Positions 40,001 to 55,000 of a stretch of 64,000 bases of DNA are shown piece by piece. The stretch is from assembly GCA_964016885.1 (NCBI GenBank), contig OZ024757.1:6758001-6822000 (forward strand), given 5' to 3'. This DNA is from Eledone cirrhosa (Eukaryota). A program made the position numbers and the translations under genes. The stretch's first letter is position 1; each line of letters begins with the position of its first letter. Under the pieces are notes generated by a model, which saw nothing but the letters and a program-made list of their open reading frames with translations, had not been told where the DNA came from and searched no databases.

Positions 40001-43000
40001 TGACCGTTTGCAGGCGGAGTAACCTTTTCGATCGTGGGCCAGCCGCCCCTGGTGGGATCCATCTGGAATTACTGGTACATGTGCGGACACACATTTGCTG
40101 TGTGTGGTGTGATTTTCAAGAAAAACTGCCCATGCTAAATGAGGAAGCTGAAGTCCGCCGGCGAATGGTGTATTCGAAGAAAACGAATTCGAAAATGACT
40201 ATTTGCCGGCGGAATCACCTTTTCGGTCCTGGTCCGGCCGGATCTTGCCGGATCGATCGGAAATTTATGGACCATGTTCGGAAGGCCATTGTGCATGTGT
40301 GGTGAAAAAAAGTTGTGTCGAAATCTTCTCGGAAAATAACGGATCGCCGGCGGAGATTGCCATTTCGATCGTGGGCCGGCCGGATCTTGTCGGATCGATT
40401 CGGACATATGTGCATCGTGTTCGCAAGGCCCTTGTCTATGTGTGGTGTGATTTTCATAAAGAAATTCCGAAAAACCCAGTTTTAAATCTGATTTCGCCAA
40501 AGAATTTTGGGTATCAGATCGGGTTGAAAGGTATGGTTTCAAGTCGATCTGAAAGTCTAAAATGGAATTCACTCGGTTAGCTAACTTTTGATATATCGGA
40601 GATATCTTTCTGAAAATCACACCACACACTCCCAATGAGTGTCTGCACATGTACCAGTAATTACAGATGGATCCCACCACGGGCGGCCGGCCCACGATCG
40701 AAAAGGTTACTCCGAAGCACACCATTCGCCGGCGGACTTCATTTAGCATGGGCAGTTTTTCTTGAAGATCACACCACACACAGCCAATGAGTGTCCGCAC
40801 ATGTACCAGTAATTACAGATGGATCCCACCACGGGCGGCTGGCCCACGATCGAAAAGGTTACTCCGCCTGCAAACGGTCATTTTCGAATTCGTTTTCTTC
40901 GAAGCACACCATTCGCCGGCGGACTTCAGCTTGCTCATTTAGCATGGGCAGTTTTTCTTGAAAATCACACCACACACAGCAAATGTGTGTCCGCACATGT
41001 ACCAGTAATTACAGATCGATTCCGGTGAAAATTCACTGAAAACGGGCCATTCGGCCCTGTGCGTCGATCGTGGGCCGGCCGGATGTTGACGGATCGATGT
41101 GTACTTAGAAGTACATGTGCGGACACTCATTGGCTGTGCGTGGTATGCATTTCAGCAAGATATCTCCGTAACATCAAGAGTTATGGCTGTGGAGGCACAC
41201 CTAGTCAAACGTAAACAAGGTCTGGAGCGTTTACGCTTCGCGATTTTGTTTACGTTTGACTAGGTGTGCCTCCACATCCACAACTCTTGATGTTACGGAG
41301 ATATCTTGCTGAAATGCATACCACGCACAGCCAATGAGTGTCCGCACATGTACCAGTAATTACACATCGATCCGTCAACATGCGGCCGGCCTACGATCGA
41401 CGCATAGGGCCGGATGGCCCGTTTTCGGTGAATTTTCACCGGAATCGATCTGTAATTACTGGTACATGTGCGGACACTCATTTGCTGTGTGTGGTGTGAT
41501 TTTCAAGAAAAACTGCCCATGCTAAATGAGGAAGCTGAAGTCCGCCGGCGAATGGTGTGCTTCGAAGAAAACTAATTCGAAAATGACCGTTTGCAGGCGG
41601 AGTAACCTTTTCGATCGTGGGCCAGCCGCCCGTGGTGGGATCCATCTGTAATTACTGGTACATGTGCGGACACTCATTGGCTGTGTGTGGTGTGATTTTC
41701 GAGAAAAACTGCCCATGCTAAATGAGGAAGCTGAAGTCCGCCGGCGAATGGTGTGCTTCGAAGAAAACTAATTCGAAAATGACCGTTTGCAGGCGGAGTA
41801 ACCTTTTCGATCGTGGGCCAGCCGCCCCTGGTGGGATCCATCTGGAATTACTGGTACATGTGCGGACACACATTTGCTGTGTGTGGTGTGATTTTCAAGA
41901 AAAACTGCCCATGCTAAATGAGGAAGCTGAAGTCCGCCGGCGAATGGTGTATTCGAAGAAAACGAATTCGAAAATGACTATTTGCCGGCGGAATCACCTT
42001 TTCGGTCCTGGTCCGGCCGGATCTTGCCGGATCGATCGGAAATTTATGGACCATGTTCGGAAGGCCATTGTGCATGTGTGGTGAAAAAAAGTTGTGTCGA
42101 AATCTTCTCGGAAAATAACGGATCGCCGGCGGAGATTGCCATTTCGATCGTGGGCCGGCCGGATCTTGTCGGATCGATTCGGACATATGTGCATCGTGTT
42201 CGCAAGGCCCTTGTCTATGTGTGGTGTGATTTTCATAAAGAAATTCCGAAAAACCCAGTTTTAAATCTGATTTCGCCAAAGAATTTTGGGTATCAGATCG
42301 GGTTGAAAGGTATGGTTTCAAGTCGATCTGAAAGTCTAAAATGGAATTCACTCGGTTAGCTAACTTTTGATATATCGGAGATATCTTTCTGAAAATCACA
42401 CCACACACTCCCAATGAGTGTCTGCACATGTACCAGTAATTACAGATGGATCCCACCACGGGCGGCCGGCCCACGATCGAAAAGGTTACTCCGAAGCACA
42501 CCATTCGCCGGCGGACTTCATTTAGCATGGGCAGTTTTTCTTGAAGATCACACCACACACAGCCAATGAGTGTCCGCACATGTACCAGTAATTACAGATG
42601 GATCCCACTACGGGCGGCTGGCCCACGATCGAAAAGGTTACTCTGCCTGCAAACGGTCATTTTCGAATTCGTTTTCTTCGAAGCACACCATTCGCCGGCG
42701 GACTTCAGCTGCCTCATTTAGCATGGGCAGCTTTTCTGAAAATCACACCACAAACAGCCAATGAGTGTCCGCACATGTACCAGTAATTACAGATGGATCA
42801 CACCACGGGCGGCTGGCCCACGATCGAAAAGGTTACTCCGCCTGCAAACGGTCATTTTCGAATTCGTTTTCTTCGAAGCACACCATTCGCCGGCGGACTT
42901 CAGCTTCCTCATTTAGCATGGGCAGTTTTTCTCGAAAATCACACCACATACAGCAAATCTGTGTCCGCACATGTACCAGTAATTACAGATCGATTCCGGT

Positions 43001-46000
43001 GAAAATTCACCGAAAACGGGCCATTCGGTCCTGTGCGTCGATCGTGGGCCGGCCGGATGTTGACGGATCGATGTGTAATTAGAAGTACATGTGCGGACAC
43101 TCATTGGCTGTGCGTGGTATGCATTTCAGCAAGATATCTCCGTAACATCAAGAGTTATGGCTGTGGAGGCACACCTAGTCAAACGTAAACAAGGTATGGA
43201 GCGTTTACGCTTCGCGATTTTGTTTACGTTTGACTAGGTGTGCCTCCACATCGACAACTCTTGATGTTACGGAGATATCTTGCTGAAATTCATACCACCC
43301 ACAGCCAATGAGTGTCCGCACATGTACTTCTAATTACACATCGATCCGTCAACATCCGGCCGGCCCACGATCGACGCATAGGGCCGGATGGCCCGTTTTC
43401 AGTGAATTTTCACCGGAATCGATCTGTAATTACTGGTACATGTGCGGACACTCATTGGCTGTGTGTGGTGTGATTTTCGAGAAAAACTGCCCATGCTAAA
43501 TGAGGCAGCTGAAGTCCGCCGGCGAATCGTGTGCTTCGAAGAAAACTAATTCGAAAATGACCGCTTGCAGGCGGAGTAACCTTTTCGATCGTGGGCCAGC
43601 CGCCCCTGTTGGGATCCATCTGTAATTACTGGTACATGTGCGGACACACATTTGCTGTGTGTGGTGTGATTTTCAAGAAAAACTGCCCATGCTAAATGAG
43701 GAAGCTGAAGTCCGCCGGCGAATGGTGTGCTTCGAAGAAAACGAATTCGAAAATGACTATTTGCCGGCGGAATCACCTTTTCGGTCCTGGTCCGGCCGGA
43801 TCTTGCCGGATCGATCGGAAATTTGTGGACCATGTTCGGAAGGCCATTGTGCATATGTGGTGAAAAAAAGTTGTGTCGAAATCTTCTCGGAAAATAACGG
43901 ATCGCCGGCGGAGATTGCCATTTCGATCGTGGGCCGGCCGGATCTTGTCGGATCGATTCGGACATATGTGCATCGTGTTCGCAAGGCCCTTGTCTATGTG
44001 TGGTGTGATTTTCATAAAGAAATTCCGAAAAACCCAGTTTTAAATCTGATTTCGCCAAAGAATTTTGGGTATCAGATCGGGTTGAAAGGTATGGTTTCAA
44101 GTCGATCTGAAAGTCTAAAATGGAATTCACTCGGTTAGCTAACTTTTGATATATCGGAGATATCTTTCTGAAAATCACACCACACACTCCCAATGAGTGT
44201 CTGCACATGTACCAGTAATTACAGATGGATCCCACCACGGGCGGCCGGCCCACGATCGAAAAGGTTACTCCGAAGCACACCATTCGCCGGCGGACTTCAT
44301 TTAGCATGGGCAGTTTTTCTTGAAGATCACACCACACACAGCCAATGAGTGTCCGCACATGTACCAGTAATTACAGATGGATCCCACTACGGGTGGCTGG
44401 CCCACGATCGAAAAGGTTACTCCGCCTGCAAACGGTCATTTTCGAATTCGTTTTCTTCGAAGCACACCATTCGCCGGCGGACTTCAGCTGCCTCATTTAG
44501 CATGGGCAGTTTTTCTCGAAAATCACACCACACACAGCCAATGAGTGTCCGCACATGTACCAGTAATTACAGATGGATCCCACCACGGGCGGCTGGCCCA
44601 CGATCGAAAAGGTTACTCCGCCTGCAAACGGTCATTTTCGAATTCGTTTTCTTCGAAGCACACCATTCGCCGGCGGACTTCAGCTTCCTCATTTAGCATG
44701 GGCAGTTTTTCTTGAAAATCACACCACACACAGCAAATGTGTGTCCGCACATGTACCAGTAATTACAGATCGATTCCGGTGAGAATACACTGAAAACGGG
44801 CCATTCGGCCCTGTGCGTCGATCGTGGGCCGGCCGGATGTTGACGGATCGATGTGTACTTAGAAGTACATGTGCGGACACTCATTGGCTGTGCGTGGTAT
44901 GCATTTCAGCAAGATATCTCCGTAACATCAAGAGTTATGGCTGTGGAGGCACACCTAGTCAAACGTAAACAAGGTCTGGAGCGTTTACGCTTCGCGATTT
45001 TGTTTACGTTTGACTAGGTGTGCCTCCACATCGACAACTCTTGATGTTACGGAGATATCTTGCTGAAATGCATACCACGCACAGCCAATGAGTGTCCGCA
45101 CATGTACTTCTAATTACACATCGATCCGTCAACATCCGGCCGGCCCACGATCGACGCATAGGGCCGGATGGCCCGTTTTCAGTGAATTTTCACCGGAATC
45201 GATCTGTAATTACTGGTACATGTGCGGACACTCATTGGCTGTGTGTGGTGTGATTTTCGAGAAAAACTGCCCATGCTAAATGAGGCAGCTGAAGTCCGCC
45301 GGCGAATCGTGTGCTTCGAAGAAAACTAATTCGAAAATGACCGCTTGCAGGCGGAGTAACCTTTTCGATCGTGGGCCAGCCGCCCCTGTTGGGATCCATC
45401 TGTAATTACTGGTACATGTGCGGACACACATTTGCTGTGTGTGGTGTGATTTTCAAGAAAAACTGCCCATGCTAAATGAGGACGCTGAAGTCCGCCGGCG
45501 AATGGTGTGCTTCGAAGAAAACGAATTCGAAAATGACTATTTGCCGGCGGAATCACCTTTTCGGTCCTGGTCCGGCCAGATCTTGCCGGATCGATCGGAA
45601 ATTTGTGGACCATGTTCGGAAGGACATTGTGCATATGTGGTGAAAAAAAGTTGTGTCGAAATCTTCTCGGAAAATAACGGATCGCCGGCGGAGATTGCCA
45701 TTTCGATCGTGGGCCGGCCGGATCTTGTCGGATCGATTCGGACATATGTACATCGTGTTCGCAAGGCCCTTGTCTATGTGTGGTGTGATTTTCATAAAGA
45801 AATTCCGAAAAACCCAGTTTTAAATCTGATTTCGCCAAAGAATTTTGGCTATCAGATCGGGTTGAAAGGTATGGTTTCAAGTCGATCTGAAAGTCTAAAA
45901 TGGAATTCACTCGGTTAGCTAACTTTTGATATATCGGAGATATCTTTCTGAAAATCACACCACACACTCCCAATGAGTGTCTGCACATGTACCAGTAATT

Positions 46001-49000
46001 ACAGATGGATCCCACCACGGGCGGCCGGCCCACGATCGAAAAGGTTACTCCGAAGCACACCATTCGCCGGCGGACTTCATTTAGCATTTGCAGTTTTTCT
46101 TGAAGATCACACCACACACAGCCAATGAGTGTCCGCACATGTACCAGTAATTACAGATGGATCCCACTACGGGCGGCTGGCCCACGATCGAAAAGGTTAC
46201 TCCGCCTGCAAACGGTCATTTTCGAATTCGTTTTCTTCGAAGCACACCATTCGCCGGCGGACTTCAGCTGCCTCATTTAGCATGGGCAGCTTTTCTCGAA
46301 AATCACACCACACACAGCCAATGAGTGTCCGCACATCTACCAGTAATTACAGATGGATCACACCACGGGCGGCTGGCCAACGATCGAAAAGGTTACTCCG
46401 CCTGCAAACGGTCATTTTCGAATTCGTTTTCTTCGAAGCACACCATTCGCCGGCGGACTTCAGCTTCCTCATTTAGCATGGGCAGTTTTTCTTGAAAATC
46501 ACACCACACACAGCAAATGTGTGTCCGCACATGTACCAGTAATTACAGATCGATTCCGGTGAAAATACACTGAAAACGGGCCATTCGGCCCTGTGCGTCG
46601 ATCGTGGGCCGGCCGGATGTTGACGGATCGATGTGTACTTAGAAGTACATGTGCGGACACTCATTGGCTGTGCGTGGTATGCATTTCAGCAAGATATCTC
46701 CGTAACATCAAGAGTTATGGCTGTGGAGGCACACCTAGTCAAACGTAAACAAGGTCTGGAGCGTTTACGCTTCGCGATTTTGTTTACGTTTGACTAGGTG
46801 TGCCTCCACATCGACAACTCTTGATGTTACGGAGATATCTTGCTGAAATGCATACCACGCACAGCCAATGAGTGTCCGCACATGTACTTCTAATTACACA
46901 TCGATCCGTCAACATCCGGCCGGCCCACGATCGACGCATAGGGCCGGATGGCCCGTTTTCAGTGAATTTTCACCGGAATCGATCTGTAATTACTGGTACA
47001 TGTGCGGACACTCATTGGCTGTGTGTGGTGTGATTTTCGAGAAAAACTGCCCATGCTAAATGAGGCAGCTGAAGTCCGCCGGCGAATCGTGTGCTTCGAA
47101 GAAAACTAATTCGAAAATGACCGCTTGCAGGCGGAGTAACCTTTTCGATCGTGGGCCAGCCGCCCCTGTTGGGATCCATCTGTAATTACTGGTACATGTG
47201 CGGACACACATTTGCTGTGTGTGGTGTGATTTTCAAGAAAAACTGCCCATGCTAAATGAGGACGCTGAAGTCCGCCGGCGAATGGTGTGCTTCGAAGAAA
47301 ACGAATTCGAAAATGACTATTTGCCGGCGGAATCACCTTTTCGGTCCTGGTCCGGCCAGATCTTGCCGGATCGATCGGAAATTTGTGGACCATGTTCGGA
47401 AGGACATTGTGCATATGTGGTGAAAAAAAGTTGTGTCGAAATCTTCTCGGAAAATAACGGATCGCCGGCGGAGATTGCCATTTCGATCGTGGGCCGGCCG
47501 GATCTTGTCGGATCGATTCGGACATATGTACATCGTGTTCGCAAGGCCCTTGTCTATGTGTGGTGTGATTTTCATAAAGAAATTCCGAAAAACCCAGTTT
47601 TAAATCTGATTTCGCCAAAGAATTTTGGCTATCAGATCGGGTTGAAAGGTATGGTTTCAAGTCGATCTGAAAGTCTAAAATGGAATTCACTCGGTTAGCT
47701 AACTTTTGATATATCGGAGATATCTTTCTGAAAATCACACCACACACTCCCAATGAGTGTCTGCACATGTACCAGTAATTACAGATGGATCCCACCACGG
47801 GCGGCCGGCCCACGATCGAAAAGGTTACTCCGAAGCACACCATTCGCCGGCGGACTTCATTTAGCATTTGCAGTTTTTATTGAAGATCACACCACACACA
47901 GCCAATGAGTGTCCGCACATGTACCAGTAATTACAGATGGATCCCACTACGGGCGGCTGGCCCACGATCGAAAAGGTTACTCCGCCTGCAAACGGTCATT
48001 TTCGAATTCGTTTTCTTCGAAGCACACCATTCGCCGGCGGACTTCAGCTGCCTCATTTAGCATGGGCAGCTTTTCTCGAAAATCACACCACACACAGCCA
48101 ATGAGTGTCCGCACATCTACCAGTAATTACAGATGGATCACACCACGGGCGGCTGGCCAACGATCGAAAAGGTTACTCCGCCTGCAAACGGTCATTTTCG
48201 AATTCGTTTTCTTCGAAGCACACCATTCGCCGGCGGACTTCAGCTTCCTCATTTAGCATGGGCAGTTTTTCTCGAAAATCACACCACACACAACAAATGT
48301 GTGTCCGCACATGTACCAGTAATTACAGATCGATTCCGGTGAAAATTCACTGAAAACGGGCCATTCGGCCCTGTGCGTCGATCGTGGGCCGGCCGGATGT
48401 TGACGGATCGATGTGTACTTAGAAGTACATGTGCGGACACTCATTGGCTGTGCGTGGTATGCATTTCAGCAAGATATCTCCGTAACATCAAGAGTTATGG
48501 CTGTGGAGGCACACCTAGTCAAACGTAAACAAGGTCTGGAGCGTTTACGCTTCGCGATTTTGTTTACGTTTGACTAGGTGTGCCTCCACATCCACAACTC
48601 TTGATGTTACGGAGATATCTTGCTGAAATGCATACCATGCACAGCCAATGAGTGTCCGCACATGTACCAGTAATTACACATCGATCCGTCAACATGCGGC
48701 CGGCCTACGATCGACGCATAGGGCCGGATGGCCCGTTTTCGGTGAATTTTCACCGGAATCGATCTGTAATTACTGGTACATGTGCGGACACTCATTTGCT
48801 GTGTGTGGTGTGATTTTCAAGAAAAACTGCCCATGCTAAATGAGGAAGCTGAAGTCCGCCGGCGAATGGTGTGCTTCGAAGAAAACTAATTCGAAAATGA
48901 CCGTTTGCAGGCGGAGTAACCTTTTCGATCGTGGGCCAGCCGCCCGTGGTGGCATCCATCTGTAATTACTGGTACATGTGCGGACACTCATTGGCTGTGT

Positions 49001-52000
49001 GTGGTGTGATTTTCGAGAAAAACTGCCCATGCTAAATGAGGAAGCTGAAGTCCGCCGGCGAATGGTGTGCTTCGAAGAAAACTAATTCGAAAATGACCGT
49101 TTGCAGGCGGAGTAACCTTTTCGATCGTGGGCCAGCCGCCCGTGGTGGGATCCATCTGTAATTACTGGTACATGTGCGGACACTCATTGGCTGTGTGTGG
49201 TGTGATTTTCAAGAAAAACTGCCCATGCTAAATGAGGAAGCTGAAGTCCGCCGGCGAATGGTGTGCTTCGAAGAAAACGAATTCGAAAATGACTATTTGC
49301 CGGCGGAATCACCTTTTCGGTCCTGGTCCGGCCGGATCTTGCCGGATCGATCGGAAATTTGTGGACCATGTTCGGAAGGCCATTGTGCATGTGTGGTGAA
49401 AAAAAGTTGTGTCGAAATCTTCTCGGAAAATAACGGATCGCCGGCGGAGATTGCCATTTCGATCGTGGGCCGGCCGGATCTTGTCGGATCGATTCGGACA
49501 TATGTGCATCGTGTTCGCAAGGCCCTTGACTATGTGTGGTGTGATTTTCATAAAGAAATTCCGAAAAACCCAGTTTTAAATCTGATTTCGCCAAAGAATT
49601 TTGGGTATCAGATCGGGTTGAAAGGTATGGTTTCAAGTCGATCTGAAAGTCTAAAATGGAATTCACTCGGTTAGCTAACTTTTGATATATCGGAGATATC
49701 TTTCTGAAAATCACACCACACACTCCCAATGAGTGTCTGCACATCTACCAGTAATTACAGATGGATCACACCACGGGCGGCTGGCCAACGATCGAAAAGG
49801 TTACTCCGCCTGCAAACGGTCATTTTCGAATTCGTTTTCTTCGAAGCACACCATTCGCCGGCGGACTTCAGCTTCCTCATTTAGCATGGGCAGTTTTTCT
49901 CGAAAATCACACCACACACAACAAATGTGTGTCCGCACATGTACCAGTAATTACAGATCGATTCCGGTGAAAATTCACTGAAAACGGGCCATTCGGCCCT
50001 GTGCGTCGATCGTGGGCCGGCCGGATGTTGACGGATCGATGTGTACTTAGAAGTACATGTGCGGACACTCATTGGCTGTGCGTGGTATGCATTTCAGCAA
50101 GATATCTCCGTAACATCAAGAGTTATGGCTGTGGAGGCACACCTAGTCAAACGTAAACAAGGTCTGGAGCGTTTACGCTTCGCGATTTTGTTTACGTTTG
50201 ACTAGGTGTGCCTCCACATCCACAACTCTTGATGTTACGGAGATATCTTGCTGAAATGCATACCATGCACAGCCAATGAGTGTCCGCACATGTACCAGTA
50301 ATTACACATCGATCCGTCAACATGCGGCCGGCCTACGATCGACGCATAGGGCCGGATGGCCCGTTTTCGGTGAATTTTCACCGGAATCGATCTGTAATTA
50401 CTGGTACATGTGCGGACACTCATTTGCTGTGTGTGGTGTGATTTTCAAGAAAAACTGCCCATGCTAAATGAGGAAGCTGAAGTCCGCCGGCGAATGGTGT
50501 GCTTCGAAGAAAACTAATTCGAAAATGACCGTTTGCAGGCGGAGTAACCTTTTCGATCGTGGGCCAGCCGCCCGTGGTGGCATCCATCTGTAATTACTGG
50601 TACATGTGCGGACACTCATTGGCTGTGTGTGGTGTGATTTTCGAGAAAAACTGCCCATGCTAAATGAGGAAGCTGAAGTCCGCCGGCGAATGGTGTGCTT
50701 CGAAGAAAACTAATTCGAAAATGACCGTTTGCAGGCGGAGTAACCTTTTCGATCGTGGGCCAGCCGCCCGTGGTGGGATCCATCTGTAATTACTGGTACA
50801 TGTGCGGACACTCATTGGCTGTGTGTGGTGTGATTTTCAAGAAAAACTGCCCATGCTAAATGAGGAAGCTGAAGTCCGCCGGCGAATGGTGTGCTTCGAA
50901 GAAAACGAATTCGAAAATGACTATTTGCCGGCGGAATCACCTTTTCGGTCCTGGTCCGGCCGGATCTTGCCGGATCGATCGGAAATTTGTGGACCATGTT
51001 CGGAAGGCCATTGTGCATGTGTGGTGAAAAAAAGTTGTGTCGAAATCTTCTCGGAAAATAACGGATCGCCGGCGGAGATTGCCATTTCGATCGTGGGCCG
51101 GCCGGATCTTGTCGGATCGATTCGGACATATGTGCATCGTGTTCGCAAGGCCCTTGACTATGTGTGGTGTGATTTTCATAAAGAAATTCCGAAAAACCCA
51201 GTTTTAAATCTGATTTCGCCAAAGAATTTTGGGTATCAGATCGGGTTGAAAGGTATGGTTTCAAGTCGATCTGAAAGTCTAAAATGGAATTCACTCGGTT
51301 AGCTAACTTTTGATATATCGGAGATATCTTTCTGAAAATCACACCACACACTCCCAATGAGTGTCTGCACATGTACCAGTAATTACAGATGGATCCCACC
51401 ACGGGCGGCCGGCCCACGATCGAAAAGGTTACTCCGAAGCACACCATTCGCCGGCGGACTTCATTTAGCATGGGCAGTTTTTCTTGAAGATCACACCACA
51501 CACAGCCAATGAGTGTCCGCACATGTACCAGTAATTACAGATGGATCCCACTACGGGCGGCTGGCCCACGATCGAAAAGGTTACTCCGCCTGCAAACGGT
51601 CATTTTCGAATTCGTTTTCTTCGAAGCACACCATTCGCCGGCGGACTTCAGCTGCCTCATTTAGCATGGGCAGCTTTTCTCGAAAATCACACCACAAACA
51701 GCCAATGAGTGTCCGCACATGTACCAGTAATTACAGATGGATCCCACCACGGGCGGCTGGCCCACGATCGAAAAGGTTACTCCGCCTGCAAACGGTCATT
51801 TTCGAATTCGTTTTCTTCGAAGCACACCATTCGCCGGCGGACTTCAGCTTCCTCATTTAGCATGGGCAGTTTTTCTTGAAAATCACACCACACACAGCAA
51901 ATGTGTGTCCGCACATGTACCAGTAATTACAGATCGATTCCGGTGAAAATTCACTGAAAACGGGCCATTCGGCCCTGTGCGTCGATCGTGGGCCGGCCGG

Positions 52001-55000
52001 ATGTTGACGGATCGATGTGTACTTAGAAGTACATGTGCGGACACTCATTGGCTGTGCGTGGTATGCATTTCAGCAAGATATCTCCGTAACATCAAGAGTT
52101 ATGGCTGTGGAGGCACACCTAGTCAAACGTAAACAAGGTCTGGAGCGTTTACGCTTCGCGATTTTGTTTACGTTTGACTAGGTGTGCCTCCACATCCACA
52201 ACTCTTGATGTTACGGAGATATCTTGCTGAAATGCATACCACGCACAGCCAATGAGTGTCCGCACATGTACCAGTAATTACACATCGATCCGTCAACATG
52301 CGGCCGGCCTACAATCGACGCATAGGGCCGGATGGCCCGTTTTCGGTGAATTTTCACCGGAATCGATCTGTAATTACTGGTACATGTGCGGACACTCATT
52401 TGCTGTGTGTGGTGTGATTTTCAAGAAAAACTGCCCATGCTAAATGAGGAAGCTGAAGTCCGCCGGCGAATGGTGTGCTTCGAAGAAAACGAATTCGAAA
52501 ATGACTATTTGCCGGCGGAATCACCTTTTCGGTCCTGGTCCGGCCGGATCTTGCCGGATCGATCGGAAATTTGTGGACCATGTTCGGAAGGCCATTGTGC
52601 ATGTGTGGTGAAAAAAAGTTGTGTCGAAATCTTCTCGGAAAATAACGGATCGCCGGCGGAGATTGCCATTTCGATCGTGGGCCGGCCGGATCTTGTCGGA
52701 TCGATTCGGACATATGTGCATCGTGTTCGCAAGGCCCTTGTCTATGTGTGGTGTGATTTTCATAAAGAAATTCCGAAAAACCCAGTTTTAAATCTGATTT
52801 CGCCAAAGAATTTTGGCTATCAGATCGGGTTGAAAGGTATGGTTTCAAGTCGATCTGAAAGTCTAAAATGGAATTCACTCGGTTAGCTAACTTTTGATAT
52901 ATCGGAGATATCTTTCTGAAAATCACACCACACACTCCCAATGAGTGTCTGCACATGTACCAGTAATTACAGATGGATCCCACCACGGGCGGCCGGCCCA
53001 CGATCGAAAAGGTTACTCCGAAGCACACCATTCGCCGGCGGACTTCATTTAGCATGGGCAGTTTTTCTTGAAGATCACACCACACACAGCCAATGAGTGT
53101 CCGCACATGTACCAGTAATTACAGATGGATCCCACTACGGGCGGCTGGCCCACGATCGAAAAGGTTACTCCGCCTGCAAACGGTCATTTTCGAATTCGTT
53201 TTCTTCGAAGCACACCATTCGCCGGCGGACTTCAGCTGCCTCATTTAGCATGGGCAGCTTTTCTCGAAAATCACACCACACACAGCCAATGAGTGTCCGC
53301 ACATGTACCAGTAATTACAGATGGATCACACCACGGGCGGCTGGCCCACGATCGAAAAGGTTACTCCGCCTGCAAACGGTCATTTTCGAATTCGTTTTCT
53401 GCGAAGCACACCATTCGCCGGCGGACTTCAGCTTCCTCATTTAGCATGGGCAGTTTTTCTCGAAAATCACACCACACACAGCAAATCTGTGTCCGCACAT
53501 GTACCAGTAATTAAAGATCGATTCCGGTGAAAATTCACCGAAAACGGGCCATTCGGCCCTGTGCGTCGATCGTGGGCCGGCCGGATGTTGACGGATCGAT
53601 GTGTAATTAGAAGTACATGTGCGGACACTCATTGGCTGTGCGTGGTATGCATTTCAGCAAGATATCTCCGTAACATCAAGAGTTATGGCTGTGGAGGCAC
53701 ACCTAGTCAAACGTAAACAAGGTATGGAGCGTTTACGCTTCGCGATTTTGTTTACGTTTGACTAGGTGTGCCTCCACAGCCACAACTCTTGATGTTACGG
53801 AGATATCTTGCTGAAAATCATACCACCCACAGCCAATGAGTGTCCGCACATGCACTTCTAATTACACATCGATCCGTCAACATCCGGCCGGCCCACGATC
53901 GACGCATAGGGCCGGATGGCCCGTTTTCAGTGAATTTTCACCGGAATCGATCTGTAATTACTGGTACATGTGCGGACACTCATTGGCTGTGTGTGGTGTG
54001 ATTTTCGAGAAAAACTGCCCATGCTAAATGAGGCAGCTGAAGTCCGCCGGCGAATCGTGTGCTTCGAAGAAAACTAATTCGAAAATGACCGCTTGCAGGC
54101 GGAGTAACCTTTTCGATCGTGGGCCAGCCGCCCGTGGTGGGATCCATCTGTAATTACTGGTACATGTGCGGACACTCATTGCCTGTGTGTGGTGTGATTT
54201 TCGAGAAACACTGCCCATGCTAAATGAGGCAGCTGAAGTCCGCCGGCGAATGGTGTGCTTCGAAGAAAACGAATTCGAAAATGACTATTTGCCGGCGGAA
54301 TCACCTTTTCGGTCCTGGTCCGGCCGGATCTTGCCGGATCGATCGGAAATTTGTGGACCATGTTCGGAAGGCCATTGTGCATGTGTCGTGAAAAAAAGAT
54401 ATGTCGAAATCTTCTCGGAAAATTACGGATCGCCGGCGGAGATTGCCATTTCGATCGTGGGCCGGCCGGATCTTGTCGGATCGATTCGCACATATGTGCA
54501 TCGTGTTCGCAAGGCCCTTGTCTATGTGTGGTGTGATTTTCATAAAGAAATTCCGAAAAACCCAGTTTTAAATCTGATTTCGCCAAAGAATTTTGGGTAT
54601 CAGATCGGGTTGAAAGGTATGGTTTCAAGTCGATCTGAAAGTCTAAAATGGAATTCACTCGGTTAGCTAACTTTTGATATATCGGAGATATCTTTCTGAA
54701 AATCACACCACACACTCCCAATGAGTGTCTGCACATGTACCAGTAATTACAGATGGATCCCACCACGGGCGGCCGGCCCACGATCGAAAAGGTTACTCCG
54801 AAGCACACCATTCGCCGGCGGACTTCATTTAGCATGGGCAGTTTTTCTTGAAGATCACACCACACACAGCCAATGAGTGTCCGCACATGTACCAGTAATT
54901 ACAGATGGATCCCACTACGGGCGGCTGGCCCACGATCGAAAAGGTAACTCCGCCTGCAAACGGTCATTTTCGAATTCGTTTTCTTCGAAGCACACCATTC

